Shown: in pieces, positions 35,801-48,755 of the stretch
Numbering within the stretch: position 1 is the first letter of the stretch
How the letters are laid out: every line of letters starts with the position of its first letter
DNA from: Marsupella aquatica
Lineage: Eukaryota; Plantae; Marchantiophyta
DNA: 64,000 bases
Direction: 5' to 3'
Assembly (NCBI GenBank): GCA_973895155.1
Contig: OZ316891.1
Span: 23,683,899-23,747,898 of the forward strand
Made by a program: the position numbers and the translations under genes
Notes under the pieces: generated by a model
Database searches by the model: none
What the model was told of the DNA's origin: nothing
What the model saw: only the letters and a program-made list of their open reading frames with translations

Positions 35801-37293
35801 CTAGGGGTGCTCCATACCTGGTGAAGATCTGCTCATACATAAATCGAGCCGTAGTAATTGCATCATCCTTCATTGTCAGCCTGGCCTCCACCCACTTAGT
35901 TGCATAATCCGTGGCCAGGATTATGTACTTGTTCCTCCGAGGATGAGTTAATGGTTTTAGGGGTCCAATGTAATCAATACCCCACTTCTCAAATGGTGCC
36001 AGAGGTAGAATAGGATGCAGTGGATGTCTTGTAGACGCCCTTGGTCCTCCCGCTTGCTGACAAGGATTGCATTGTTTGATAAACTAATAGACATCCTTGT
36101 GTAAGGTGGGCCACCAGTAACCGATATTTAATATCTTTTTAGACGTGGCTACTGGAGCAAAATGTCCTCCGGCCTCCTCTCCATGCATAGCCAGTAAGAC
36201 CGTTTTACCTCTCCCTTCTCCAACCACCTTTGAATAGTGCCGCTGATTCCATACCTGTGTAGTACACCCTGAATGTACTGATATTGTCTGACCTTCCGCA
36301 GAAAGACTGCGGCTTGTTCTCGGGTTAGCCCTGACTGTAATCTGGACGTACTGAGAAAGTGCAAAATCTCAGGGTACCATGTATCAGCTATTTCCACAAC
36401 GAATAGCTCCTCGTCGGGGAATCGATCATCGATGCAATCCGTGGCAGGTTCTCCTGTGATCCTTGAAAAGAAGTTGGCATTGGCGTGTAGCTTTCCCGGC
36501 TTGATTTTTAGCTTGTAGTCCAATTCCTGTAATAACAAAATCCATCTTGCTACCCTGCCTATAAGGTCCAGCTTATTTACTAGGTACTTCAAACTTTCAT
36601 GATCGGTATGAAAGATTACTTTGTACCCTAGCAAATAATGCCTAAACTTTTTACATGAATAAATGACTCCTAATGCTTCTCTTTTTGTGGTGGAGTAGTT
36701 CCGTTTGGCATCGGCAAGCTTGCAGCTTGCAAAGTATATGGGATGGTCCCTTCCTTTCTCATCCAACCGACTTAGTACTGAGCCGATACAGAAGCCTGAG
36801 ACATCTACAAAGACATGAAAATCATTGTTCCAGTCTGGTGCTATCATGACTGGGGCCTCCACTAACTTTTGCTTTAATTCCACCACAGTTGTTACTCTTT
36901 CTGGTGTGGGTTCAAAGCCTGCGCCTGCCTTGAGCATGTTGGTTAATGGTAAAGCTAGCTTGGCAAAATCCTTGATGAACCGGCGATAATACCCAATGCA
37001 CCCAGAGAAGGATCTCACATCCTTTATGTCTTAGGTTGCATGATATCAAGCCACACTGCTAGCTTACGCTTGTCAATCTCAATGCCCTTCTTTGATACCT
37101 TGTGACCTAGCAGCACACCTTCTGTTACTCCAAAGAAACATTTATCTGGGTGTAACTTGAGACCTACCTCTCTGCATCTCATGAAGGTCTTCCTTAGGTA
37201 TTTAGCATGTGTTGATGCCTTCCCGAATACTGCAAAGTCATCAATGAAGATTTCCATGAACTTTCTCAAGTAATCATGGAAAATGTTCATCAT
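32828..37293 (-). mobile_element. Truncated family A element: pol remnant (RT end, RNase H, integrase), PPT and deleted 3' LTR
   Basis: FIDDF at 37024-37293, RNase H at 36149-37018, integrase pieces to 35083. PPT AAGTGGGGAGCTA, then LTR start at 35082. LTR ORF remnants with a large deletion near 33655. Confidence 0.9.
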
Positions 37294-38159
37294 TAATGGT
37301 GGATTGCATGATTGAGGACTACCAAAGGAGGCAAAAAGTCTCCAGTCCTTTCACTAATCCAAAGGACTGTCAACGGCCAAGATTAGCACATCTAAAGTCA
37401 AAAAGGACTTAAACAAATCAAATGCGTATAAGATGCATTCATTAGTATTTCAGCTCCCGAGGTAACCCCTTTCTTGTTGCAACTATAATTTATGAGTGAA
37501 GGACAATCGGTTCTCTAGGAGAGTGCTGGCGCTATTAGTTTTGCATGGAGGACTTTTCAAAAACAAGGAGTCAAAGTCCTTTGGGGAAACTCATTTTTTG
37601 TCCCGACATGTAATTTATAGTTGGACAACTAGTTCTATGGGAGAACGTCGTCGGCGCTACTAGTTTCGTAGGGAATTTTCAAAATCTAGGAGTGAGAGTC
37701 CTTCTCACTTAGGCGCGAGCTACAATTTGTTCAGAAAGTATCAAAGTCGAGCGCAAGGGTCCATACTTAGCCTCGTGAAGCACAAGATGGATGCCTCTGT
37801 GAGAATTCATTCAAGAGCAGTCGTGCGATGATGTGAGATTCAAGATGTTCTAATTTGTGTTGCCTTCAAAGCATGGGGAATAAGCTCATGCAAAAAGGAG
37901 GGTAGGGTTTACCTGAAGCTCTCCCAAACAGCCAATCAAGCTGCAGATTTAATTTGCGTCTGAAGCTTCGTGGATGACATTCAAATCCAAGCATGAGCAA
38001 GGGGAATGAGCGCAAAAAGGAGGGCAATGAAGCTACAAGTTTTATTAGGGTCTGAAGCATTGCTGATGATGACGGGAACTTTGGGAAAGAGTGCGAAGGA
38101 GGTCTGAAGAGGATCAAAGGGTTGAACATTGACTCAAATCACTCACTAGCAGCCATCAC

Positions 38160-40539
38160 TTGGCAAATCGCAAATCCAAGTTGAAAAGACAAGAGCAAAT
38201 AGCAAACGGTCAGCACATAGGTGGTCAACAGGCAGTTCCCACTGATGAAATGATTCATGAAACAAAACAACAGTGCAATCTCATGATGGAGATTGCTAAG
38301 CAGCAATGTCAAGATTTAGTGATTGATGGCAACCGAAGGCAAAGAGAGTTATTGGCTGCTGGGCAATCAGAGGCAATGAGAATTACTAGTGAGGTTCATG
38401 AAGCTGCCGCTGTGATGTTGCGTACAGCCCGAGAAGAAAGTGAAAATCTCAAGGAGGCTGCGCATTCATGCCATTTTGAGATTTTAGAGTCTAGGCGGAG
38501 GACCCTAAGGGCAAGCATTCCAACACAGGTCAACGCCCACATTCGAATGCCAAGGCAGAGCACCCAAACTACTTGCACTCAAGTGCATGCAGCCCACCTT
38601 CATCCACTAAATGAAGGTGAGCACGATAATTGTGGTTGTGATGACCAATTGCAGGAAGATTCCATTCTTGAGAAGAGGAGGAAGGATGCAGACAGGAAGA
38701 GATTTGAGTACCAAAGGAGCAAGCGCTCTGTTCCAGAAGACGGTGTAACTCCCAACCGAAAGAGAAGGTGCATTACAATTGTTGTGGAAAGGTAAAAAGG
38801 AACTACGGAGTGAAAGTGATCCATTTAAAAACATTTTAACCTTACTTGAAGCTTATTTAGGTTTATCTGTCACCCCTTAATCCATTCTAAGCCTCAAAGG
38901 AATGTTATGGAAGAAAGCTAAGAAGTTTGAGTTTGGAAGGAAGAATCGTTTCAGACAAACAATCGCTTTCAAAGAAATCCGAAACAAATCGCTTTGGGAG
39001 GAAGCAGAAGAATCGCTTTGCAGAAAGACCGGCTGAAGAATCGCTTTGGAAGTTGGAAAATCGGTTTGGACTTTTGGCAGCAACTTTGACGGACGATTGC
39101 GGATTGGTCCGATGTCGGTTTGAGGAGATATTTGGTGCGTTGGAAAGCTCTTTCCAAGGGCTATAAGGAGAATTTCAGTTTGGTTCCAAAAGACCAACTT
39201 CAGAATAACCCAAACCGATTCTCCAAGGTTTTTTGGCATATGTTACTTAAATCGTTTTCTATCTCTTTTCTGACCTCTTGAGCTTTCCAATGAGTTAGAT
39301 AGAGTAGGATATAGAGGGACATAGTTTAGTGTACCTTTAGGAATTAGATATAGAGAGTCTTAGACTTATTTTACCTTTTAGGACCCTAAGTTTAGATGAG
39401 AAAAGGTTTTTAGGCTTCTAAAACCTTTTGGCATCTTAAACCTTTTGAGGGAGCCTTACAAGTGGACTCCCAAGATCATGATTCATTGTCTTTTCTTGGA
39501 AATTAATCTTTGACCAGTTTTGGGTCTTTCTCTCAAGCCAATTTTGGGCATAGGAGGGAAGATTGAACTAGAGGAATTGTACCACACATTTGCACTTGAA
39601 TCATAACATTTATCACAAGTTCATGGATGAATGTCATAGAGTCATGGATTTATAAAGAAAAGCTTTGGATTCTAGGGAAAAGAGAATTGTAGTGAATCAT
39701 TCAACGTAAAACCGATCTCTGTTGAGTATATGGAAGTTGATGAGGAATGAAAATTAAGATTACCTATTGATAAGAAGTAATCATTTATAAATTTGATGAT
39801 AGATTGAAATCCATTGAAATGTCATTGTAGAATCGTTTGTACCAGAAAGATAGTAAAGAAATCGCTTTGAGGTTTAAAAGCATTTAAACACCTGCATAAT
39901 TCGTTTCACTTATTCCTTACGGGACCGAACCTTGGTAATTAAGGACGAATTACATACATTTGAATTATTATCACTTACCACAATTGTGTTATCAGATATA
40001 GTTAGGTACATTTTGGAGAAGACCGCTACATTCAATGTAGGTGCGAGGGCAGTACTATCTGGTATCTGGTTGCACAAATACTTGAAGAAGTACCAGCCTA
40101 CAAGACTAGGTTTGCCTAAAATGGATTGGGTTGTAGCTGCTGCATTATGTGATGTGAGGAAAACCTTGAGCATAGTGAAGCAAGGGAAGCGCAAAGACCA
40201 TCTTGCTGCAAAGTACCAAGTTTGTCAGTACTTGTAGGAAAGACATGTGTAGATAGAAGGCAGCAGACCTCTCTAGCTCAAGCTTTGGGTATACAACGGT
40301 AAAATCTTCATAGGGCATCTAAGATCAGGATGCAGATTGATGAAGATCGTGAAAAAACTTATCCTATGGGGGAAAGAAAGGTACATCGAGATAAGATTTC
40401 TGATGAAGTTCGAAAATAGGTGGAACACTTTTGGGAAACCCACACTCGGATTTCTCCATGTAAGAACAATGAAGCTAGATTGCGACTAGGGCGGAAAATG
40501 TATAAAACACATCAAGTGCACTGGCTGGAGGATACACAG
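38160..40539 (+). pseudogene. Degenerate DNA-transposon (possibly Sola2-like) transposase N-terminal exon, split by a solo LTR
   Basis: ORFs 38160-38782 and 39988-40237 join in frame once the insert is removed. Downstream RDKISDEVRK*VEHFWETHTRISPCKNNEARLR...HWLEDTQ is followed by a GT donor. The superfamily call is from remembered motif similarity only. Confidence 0.45.
38783..39982. mobile_element. Unrelated solo LTR (1200 bp)
   Basis: TGTGGAAAG...CTTACCACA termini with a perfect 5-bp TSD ATTGT (38778-38782 and 39983-39987). Confidence 0.9.
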
Positions 40540-40855
40540 GTGAGAAATTCTCCATGATTGATTTGCCACTTTTGATTTTAACTCATAATACGATCTGCAG
40601 ATGTTGAGAAGTAGTTTTCCTTCATGTGTGCTTTAGCCATTGTGCTCTGCTGTAACCGCCTAGTTTTTTCTTTAAGGTAGGATCTGAATAATTTTGTGAG
40701 ACCTGACGTCCTACATAGCCTAGCAGGAAGGACTCTGTTCCAGGAAAATTCCTTCAGGACTGACTATCTAGGCCTTCAGGAAGCACTGTTGAATCCTTGT
40801 CAAGTGAAATCTGGCATGAGAAACGAGTTGAGTCCTTGGCAAAGTACTATCTAGT

Positions 40856-43800
40856 TGTGGTGCGCCCCATGGCTCCCTAAACCCAAGAAACCCCCCAGCG
40901 CAAGCCGATTCCCGCAGGTTTCGCGCTTGAAGAGGCCATTTTCGTGGCTTAGCGGCATGGGATGCTGCTAACCTCCTCCTCTACTACTATTAACATTTTA
41001 CACACATATACTGGACAGATCCTTCATCGGGTCATGAGATACGTAGCCGGCCTAATCTAGGCCTTCCCTTGTCTTCCCCTCCTTCTGGTTAGGTATGTTT
41101 GGATTCCGCCGCCGGAATGATCCCCAATAGGCTTGGTTAAGCCGCTAAGACCTCTCTCAGCTTGACACATCCAACTCTCACTCCCTTGCTTACTTTCCTT
41201 TGATGTGGGCACTCTTCACACAAGTTAATGCGACACACAAATAGCAAAATGACTCATTCTGACTGAGTCATACCATGCACTTGCCATACAAACAGTACAT
41301 CTCATACACAAGCTCTGCGAACTAAGCCGTGAGGCCAACTCTATTCAGCTCTTAGGCATGAGGAAACATGAATATATACAAGGGTCACTGTATGACTAAC
41401 CGAGAGCTTCTCTTACTACTTGATCCCAGCCCGGCTGGTGCAACTAAAAACTTGCTAAGGAAGAGGCCCTTAGCTCCCCGCTGCCCAAGTATTTATCCTG
41501 ATAGTGGATCCGCCTAATTCTTTGCAGCGTAAGCCTAATCTACCTATGTACAGCGAGGCAGAAGTACAAGTGTTGCTCTTACCAGTGGAACCGCAATCCC
41601 ACTAAGCTAAGTGTCAGGGCCGCCTCCTGGTCCTGATCCTAATCCTAAACTTAGAGATCTGAGCCCGCCCTGCCCACTCACGCCTCCTCCCTCCATGTCC
41701 GCCCTCCTTGAAAGGAGCGGCCCTCCACCACCGTCATGGCAGCGGTGTCTGTTCCTCAGTGGACGCCCCCAACGTTTCCTCCTCAGCCACTGCCGTTGGC
41801 CCGTCTACTGACAGATTACCTGCCCTTGACCGAGTCAACTCTTCATCGGCCTGACTGGGTCCACCCCCGGCTTCGGCCTTGACATCGGTTTCGGCATCAG
41901 CTACGGCTTCGGCCTTTGCCACGGCTTCGGCATCCCCTTCTTCTAGGGTAGTTGGATCCTCTGCCGTGACCCTGCCTGGGGTTGGTGCTGGGTTTACCTC
42001 CTCGGTCACCTCGGCCTGTGGAGCCGCAATACTCCTTGACCCAAAAGTTTTCCGCTTCTTCTTCTTCTCTGGTTCGGCAGCTGGTCCCTTCCCCTTCCCA
42101 CTTACTTCCGGCACTGGTGCAAGTGGCGCGGCTTGTCCTTCAGCCAGTACCACTCCTGGTAGCTTGGTTGCCCCAAGTGGAGTTGGGCCTGATGAAGCCA
42201 AGCACTTAAATAATGCGGCTTGTTTCTTCAGCCGCTCCGTTTGGTTGTCGGCTCGTCGTTGTAAGTTCTCCAGCCTCCGCGTGCTTTCCTCCAACTCCTC
42301 CTGCACCTCATCCAGGTCCTTGCATGCCTCCTCCAGTTCTTTCTGGGATTCCTCCAGCTCCCTGTGGGCTTCCTTCAATTCCTTTTTCAAGGTAGCCCTC
42401 TCCTCCTGGGTTGCTCTTAGTTCTTTGTCAAGCTCCGTTACGACCACAGACTCCATCTTATTCATCTTGGCATAAGTCTGGTCGAGCTGGTCGTCGTTCT
42501 CCCGTAGGTCAGCCTTGAAGCTGGCCGTCAGGGATGCAAGCTCCTGCTGCAGCGCAATAATCCCTTGATAGGATTTCCCTAACTCGGCCTCCTTCTGCTC
42601 AAGGGCTCCGTGGATATCCTCGAGCTCCCCCTTCAACGCCCTTTCCCTTCTCTGGGTCTCTGCCATGGCCCGGTTGTTGGCTGTTATGTGGGCCTCCTCT
42701 GCATCCCTCAGTTCTCGCTTCCACTTCTCCCGCTCTTTGATCGCATCGGCCAACTCTCCTTGGGTCCGCGTCAGTTTATTCTTGATAATCCGGTTATCTG
42801 ACTGTGCGGTATCTAACTGGCCCTGCATGATATTTAGCTCATGCCGCTTAATCCGCAGCTCATCTTGGGCTTTCCTGGCCGCCCTCAGGTCTTCGGTTTC
42901 GGCTTCCCTTGCCCTAAGCCGACGGATGACCTCGTCCTTCTTGCTTCTTTCCAAGGCCATCGCTTCTTCTAATTGGCGTTTCTCCAACATCTCCCTCTGG
43001 AAAAAGGGTCCCTGCTCCAACTCCTCCCCAAAGATGCTGAGCGCCAATTCCCCACACATCTCCCCGTACTCCATGGCTCTATCTTTAGCATAGGTGAAGG
43101 AAGTAGAAGTCATCGGCATTATCCATTGCGGCCTCTGCTCCCAAGCCGTCTTGCGTATTTCTTCTATGGTGGCAGGAGGGTTGCTTCTTTTTTTGGCAAG
43201 CTGCCTAATGTCCTCCGGCCAATCTCCTCCTGGTAAATCCTTCTCCCTAGCCAGGGCCGCTTCCTCATCCTCCCTAAGTCGCTCTTGAAATTCCTGTGCC
43301 GTCTGCTTTATGCCGTCAAAGCTCGGGGGAGCAATCTTTGGTGGGGGAGACTCGGGGCTACTCTGCTGGTTGGGGTCCCCTCGGACTACTCTTGGGAGCG
43401 TGGGGATGAAGCGACCACAAGTCCTTACTCCTGGAACATGATGATCCGACCCGTAGCCGGAGTCATCATTGCTATAGTCCACCACCTCCTCCTCGGCTTG
43501 GACTACCGGCGTCTCCCGCCGTTCTCCTGGTTTTGTTGTGAACACGGCTTTACCTCTTATTGGTCTTGGTTCCTCCTCCGGCTCCCGTGTTGATCTCTTC
43601 TTCTCCTTGTCGTGGCCGGGAGCTACGGCCTGCTTCCCCTCGGCTTCGGGACTAGAGGCTCCTACATACATCCGGACTCCCGGCTTGGATTCCGGCCTGA
43701 TTCTCTCCTTGACTCCAGTAAAGGGGTTTTCCTTTGTAAGCCGGTTTAGGCCAACCTCTGGAGCAGTGTTCTGTATTGTTGCCGTTGCCGTTGTCGTTGT

Positions 43801-45513
43801 TGTTCTCTTTTCTCTCTCCAGCAATTTCAGCAGGTTTTGCATGCCTGGTTGCTGCATCGGCAAGTCCTCCGTCCTTGGCCTAAACACCTGCTCGATTGTA
43901 GGACTGTCGGGCGGGTTGGGTTTCTCCGTTGCCGGCCTCTATTCCGGAACCTCCTCGGGTGCCCTTGCCTGTAGGGGAAGTACCGGGGCAAAGGTCTTAC
44001 TTTGGGCATACCGACACAATAGCGGCATGTGATAGCCAAGCCGGGACACGCTTCCCTTGCCGATCACCAGCTGTTCCTCCTTCAAGATCTTCTTTAGTTG
44101 AGTGAGGAGGTAACCGTTGTAGTCCCGGCTGGGGTCTGGCCTCTCTGCCAGATAGACCTGTGCCTTGCCGATCTCTGGTCTCGGCCAGTTGCAATGCATG
44201 GTCACCCGCAAGAAATCGATCATCTCACCTATATGCGGGTTGGTGCAGGTGTTATGGAAGAAGCCATTCTTTGTTGAAGGCCCTGGAAATGACCTAAACT
44301 CCGTGTCTGGCAAGGTCTTCCTGGTATCTACCTTGGTCTTATTGCCCATTGGCAAGCCAAACACTTCGGCAATCACCTGGGGAGTGAGATAGAAATCCTT
44401 CCCATACACCCATGTGGAATTGGTCTCGGACTCCCATGATCCCACGAATTCAAGGAAGTCTGAATTTGGTACCTCCGGCTTCAGCCACGGTAACCTTACG
44501 AAGGCCTCCAAGCCGGATCCGGCCATGAAGCCCTGATATTTCCGAGTCTGCATAGCCGTAAAGCATGCATCCTCCTCCCTTGCAAAGTGTAATTGGACCT
44601 CCTTGGGGAGGATCGCCGCCCAGCCTTTCCAGGTGTCATCTCTTGTTGGAACGGCGTTGATGGGGTCGACCTCCTCCTCCTCGGCTTCTCTCTCTCTCCT
44701 GCTCTGCTGATCGGCTGGTTTCTTTGGTGCCGCCGACCTCGTTCTTTTTGCCGGGGTGGCCCCTTCGTTGTTGTTTCCCTTTCTCTTCATCTCGGCTGCC
44801 GTGGATGTCTCTCCTAGCACGGTTGCCTTTGTCCACCCCTCTGTGCTACCCTTCAACTCCTAGTGTATGTCGTTGCAGCATTTGATGGCTTCGCGGATGC
44901 CGACGACTCTATCTTTGCAAAATAGCAGGTCGTCTAGCTCGTTACCGGTAGGAGTCCACAAGAATTTGGCCTTGATGAGTTCTCCTCCTAAGAAGGCAGC
45001 TTTCTGCAGCTCCCACAATCGAGTGAGCTCCTGCTATTCTCGAGCTGCTCTCTCTGATTCTTCGTCCTTGTAAGTCCCAATGTACCCAGTTGCCCGTTCG
45101 AACAGGCATCCCCAAAAATGTGCCGCTTGATTGACGTTGCTCATACCCTTCTCGAGTTGATAGTTGGTATCTGCTCCCACCCTGAGTACCTGCCTAAGCA
45201 GTTGACAGTAGTTGGCCTCATGTAGTCGCCTGCCCAGTTTGTGCCTGTAAAATGAGCCACAACTCCTCGCAAGCGGTCCTTACCCCTCTTCTCCTCGGCG
45301 TCTGTCTTTCGGTCGTGACCCCTAGCCGCCGGCACTTAGCGTGCCCTAACCCTAATCATGTTCTCTCCCCTGGTGTCCTCACCTCCGGCCTCGGCTCGGG
45401 TTCCATAGTCACCCTTAATTGTTTATATTTTTGTAACTATACTCATGTGTTTCTAGGGTACTCTACCCTTTTCCACTTTAAACTAGCCCAGTGATTCCTG
45501 GCTAGGCATCACA
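40856..45513 (-). repeat. 3' LTR of the family A element (4658 bp)
   Basis: Starts TGTGATGCC directly after the PPT and ends CACCACA. Colinear with the solo LTR. Confidence 0.93.
41734..45406 (-). pseudogene. LTR-encoded PMD-like/coiled-coil ORF with a few stops/frameshifts
   Basis: ORFs 41734-43887 and 43939-44856 plus upstream pieces match 13284-16904. Confidence 0.88.
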
Positions 45514-48500
45514 TAGCTCCCCACTTAATTGTGAAGCGTCCTCGCAAACAACTTCATCTTTGTCCATATAGTATTCCTTGAGGCGGTTGTAGTGAATACG
45601 AATTGGGTACACCTCTCCGGTAATGTTGGCCAATTGTACCGAGCCATTGGGGAACTTCTTTGATACCCTGAAAGGTCCTAGCCAGCGAGTGTAAAGCTTC
45701 CCTGGAAACTTACTATACCTACTGTCATAAAGTAATACAAGGTCTCCTGTGTGAATACTAACTACTTTCAACTTTTTATCATACTACTGCTTCATGATAT
45801 TCTGTCTATATTCTACTCTCTCGGCTGAAATCATTCTTGCCTCCTCTAAAGCTTCTAATTTATATTCTCATTCTTTCAGGCTTCCCTCCGCAGAGACTCT
45901 TTCCTCAATGGTAACTTGAAATGTTGGTATCTCAAGTTGCATGGGTACCAGAGCTTCTTGTCCAAAGGTTAAGAAAAAGGGTGTATGATCGGTAGTGGAT
46001 TTATAGGCTAAATTGTAAGCAAAAACGGCAGCAAACAATTTATCATCCCAATCGAGTTTTTTCTGAGCTACTGTCTTGTTCAATATCTTTCCTATAATCC
46101 CATTGGCTCGTTCTGTCAATCCATTTGCCTTTGGGTTGTAAGGAGTGGTAGGCCTATGTCTAACTAAATACTGCTCATTTAAACGACTAATTATATCATT
46201 CAGAAAATGGGTTCCTCTATCACTAACTAATTCTAGGGGTGCTCCATACCTGGTGAAGATCTGCTCATACATAAATCGAGCTGTAGTAATTGCATCATCC
46301 TTCATTGTCGGCCTCGCCTCCACCCACCTAGTTGCATAATCCGTGGCCAGGATTATGTACTTGTTTCTCCGAGGATGGGTTAATGGTTTCAGTGGTCCAA
46401 TGTAATCAATACCCCACTTCTCAAATGGTGCCAGAGGTAGAATAGGGTGCAGTGGATGTCTTGTAGACGCCCTTGGTCCTCCTGCTCGCTGACAAGGATC
46501 ACATTGTTTGATGAACTGATAGACATCCTTGTGCAAGGTGGGCCACCAGTAACCGGCATTTAATATCTTTTTAGACGTGGTTACTGGAGCAAAATGTCCT
46601 CCGGCCTCTTCTCCATGCATAGCCCGTAAGACTCGTTTTACCTCTCCCTCTTCTAAACACCTTTGGATAGTGCCGCTGATTCCATACCTATGTAGCACAC
46701 CCTTAATGTACCGATACTGTCTGACCTTCTGCAGGAAAACTGCGGCTTGTTCTTGGGTTAGCCCTGGCTGTAATCTGGACGTGCTGAGAAATTGCAAAAT
46801 CTCCGGGTACCATGTATCAGTTATTTCCACAATGAATAGCTCCTCGTCGGGGAATCGATCATTGATGCAATCCGTGGCTGGTTCACCTGTGATCCTTGAA
46901 AAGAAGTTGGCATTGGCGTGTAGCTTTCCCGGCTTGATTTTTAGCTCGTAGTCAAACTCCTGTAATAGCAAAATCCATCTTGCTACCCTGCCTGTAAGGT
47001 CCGGCTTATTTACTAGGTACTTCAAACTTTCATGATCGGTCTGAAAGATTACCTTGTACCCTAGCAAATAATGCCTAAAATTTTTACATGAATAAATGAC
47101 TCCTAATGCTTCTCTTTCTGTGGTGGAGTAGTTCCGTTCTGCATTGGCAAGCTGACGGCTTGCAAAGTATATGGGATGGTCCCTCCCTTTCTCATCCAAC
47201 TGACTTAGTACTGAGCCGATACAGAAGCCTGAGACATCTACAAAGACATGAAAATCCTTGTTCCAGTCTGGTGCTATCATGACTGGGGCCTCTACTAACA
47301 TTTGCTTCAATTCCACCACTGCCGTTACTCGTTCTGGTGTGGGTTCAAAGTCTGCACCTGCCTTGAGCATGTTGGTTAATGGTAAAGCTAGCTTGGCAAA
47401 ATCCTTGATGAAGCGGCGATAGTAACCAATGCACCCCAAGAAGGATCTTACATCTTTTATGTTCTTAGGTTGCATGATATCTAGCCATACTGCTAGCTTA
47501 CCTTTGTCAATTTCAATGCCTTTCTTTGATACCTTGTGACCTAGTAGTACCCCCTCTGTTACTCCAAAGAAACATTTATCTGGGTGTAACTTGAGACCTA
47601 CCTCTCTGCATCTCATGAAGGTCTTCCTTAGATATTTAGCATGTTTCGATGCCTTCCCAAATACTGCAAAGTCATCAATGAAGATTTCCATGAACTTTCT
47701 CAAGTAATCATGGAAAATGTTCACCATCAATCGTTGAAACATAGCTGGTGCGTTACAGAGTCCAAATGGCATACGATTGAAGACATAGATCCCCCATTCC
47801 GTGATGAAGGCTGTCTTGATTTGGTCCTCCTGCCTAATCCTGATTTGGTTATAACCAGAGTACCCATCCATGAATGAATATAGTTCATGACTGGCTACCA
47901 TGTCTAGTACCATATCAGTAAAGGGTAGAGGAAAATGGTCTTTTAACGTTGCTTCATTCAGCTTCCTGTAATCCTGACAAACCCGAATCTTGGGTTTACC
48001 ATCGGGTCCAGCTTTCTTGGGAACTATCACAATTGGAGACACCCAGTCTGAGTGATGAATCCGGCTTCCACTAGTTTGTCAATTTCCGTTTTGACCATCA
48101 GGGAATACTTAGGGTTCATCCTTCGAATCGGTTGTCAAAATGATTTGGCTCCTAACATGAGATCAACTCGGTGTTCTCCCAGTTTTGGGTCTACTCCTTT
48201 CAGATCTTGATGACTCCATGCGAACACATCTTGAAATTCAATTAGTAATTCACTGATCTCTTTCTCTAGCTCAGGTGCTAGGTCCCGCCCCAAGTTCAGT
48301 TCCCTTTCTTCTCCTAAGTCGAGCTTCCGGTATTGCCATGCTTGGATCATATTAATCTGCTTCTTCAAATTCGGGTCCAACCCGGCCTCCAACCTCTCCA
48401 GTCTCATACCTCCATAGACTGGAATCTCGGCAGTACTGGCCAAGTTGGTTTCTTCCTTGGTGTCCCCAGATTGTCCCCTTGCCGGTCTATCTGGTTTTGA

Positions 48501-48755
48501 ATTGGTAGTCGGCTTTCCTTCCTGCCTTGGCTCTAGATTGGGTATGTGCATTTCATCCGTCTCTTCCTCTTGAGGGTCAGGCCGCTGTGCTCTCCTGGCT
48601 TCTACTAGGGCCTCAATTTGTTCTGCCCTCGTAATCGGCTTGTATGCCGATCCCTTGGTTTTTAACTCCTTGCCAATGATAGATGGCGTTGTGGATCTTG
48701 CCGGCTCTGCCACAACCCCTGAGGAAAATCCACCATCTTGGGTATTGCTCCCCAC
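45502..48755 (-). pseudogene. pol: Family A pol (RT-RNase H-integrase)
   Basis: ORFs 48135-48755, 45868-48042 and 45502-45771. RT FIDD, RNase H FVDVS/EREAL, integrase HHCC and D-D-E (GIDYIG, VSDRG, TER). The stop lies in the first 12 nt of the LTR. Confidence 0.92.
45514..45526 (-). promoter_or_regulatory. Polypurine tract
   Basis: AAGTGGGGAGCTA immediately 5' of the LTR TG. Identical at 35083-35095. Confidence 0.75.

Noticed and set aside
41879-43593. Antisense ORFs recurring in every LTR copy (e.g. 41879-42475, 42665-43093, 16133-16642)
   Set aside because: They are Ser/Leu/Phe-rich shadows of the E/K-rich sense ORF and their lengths vary between copies.
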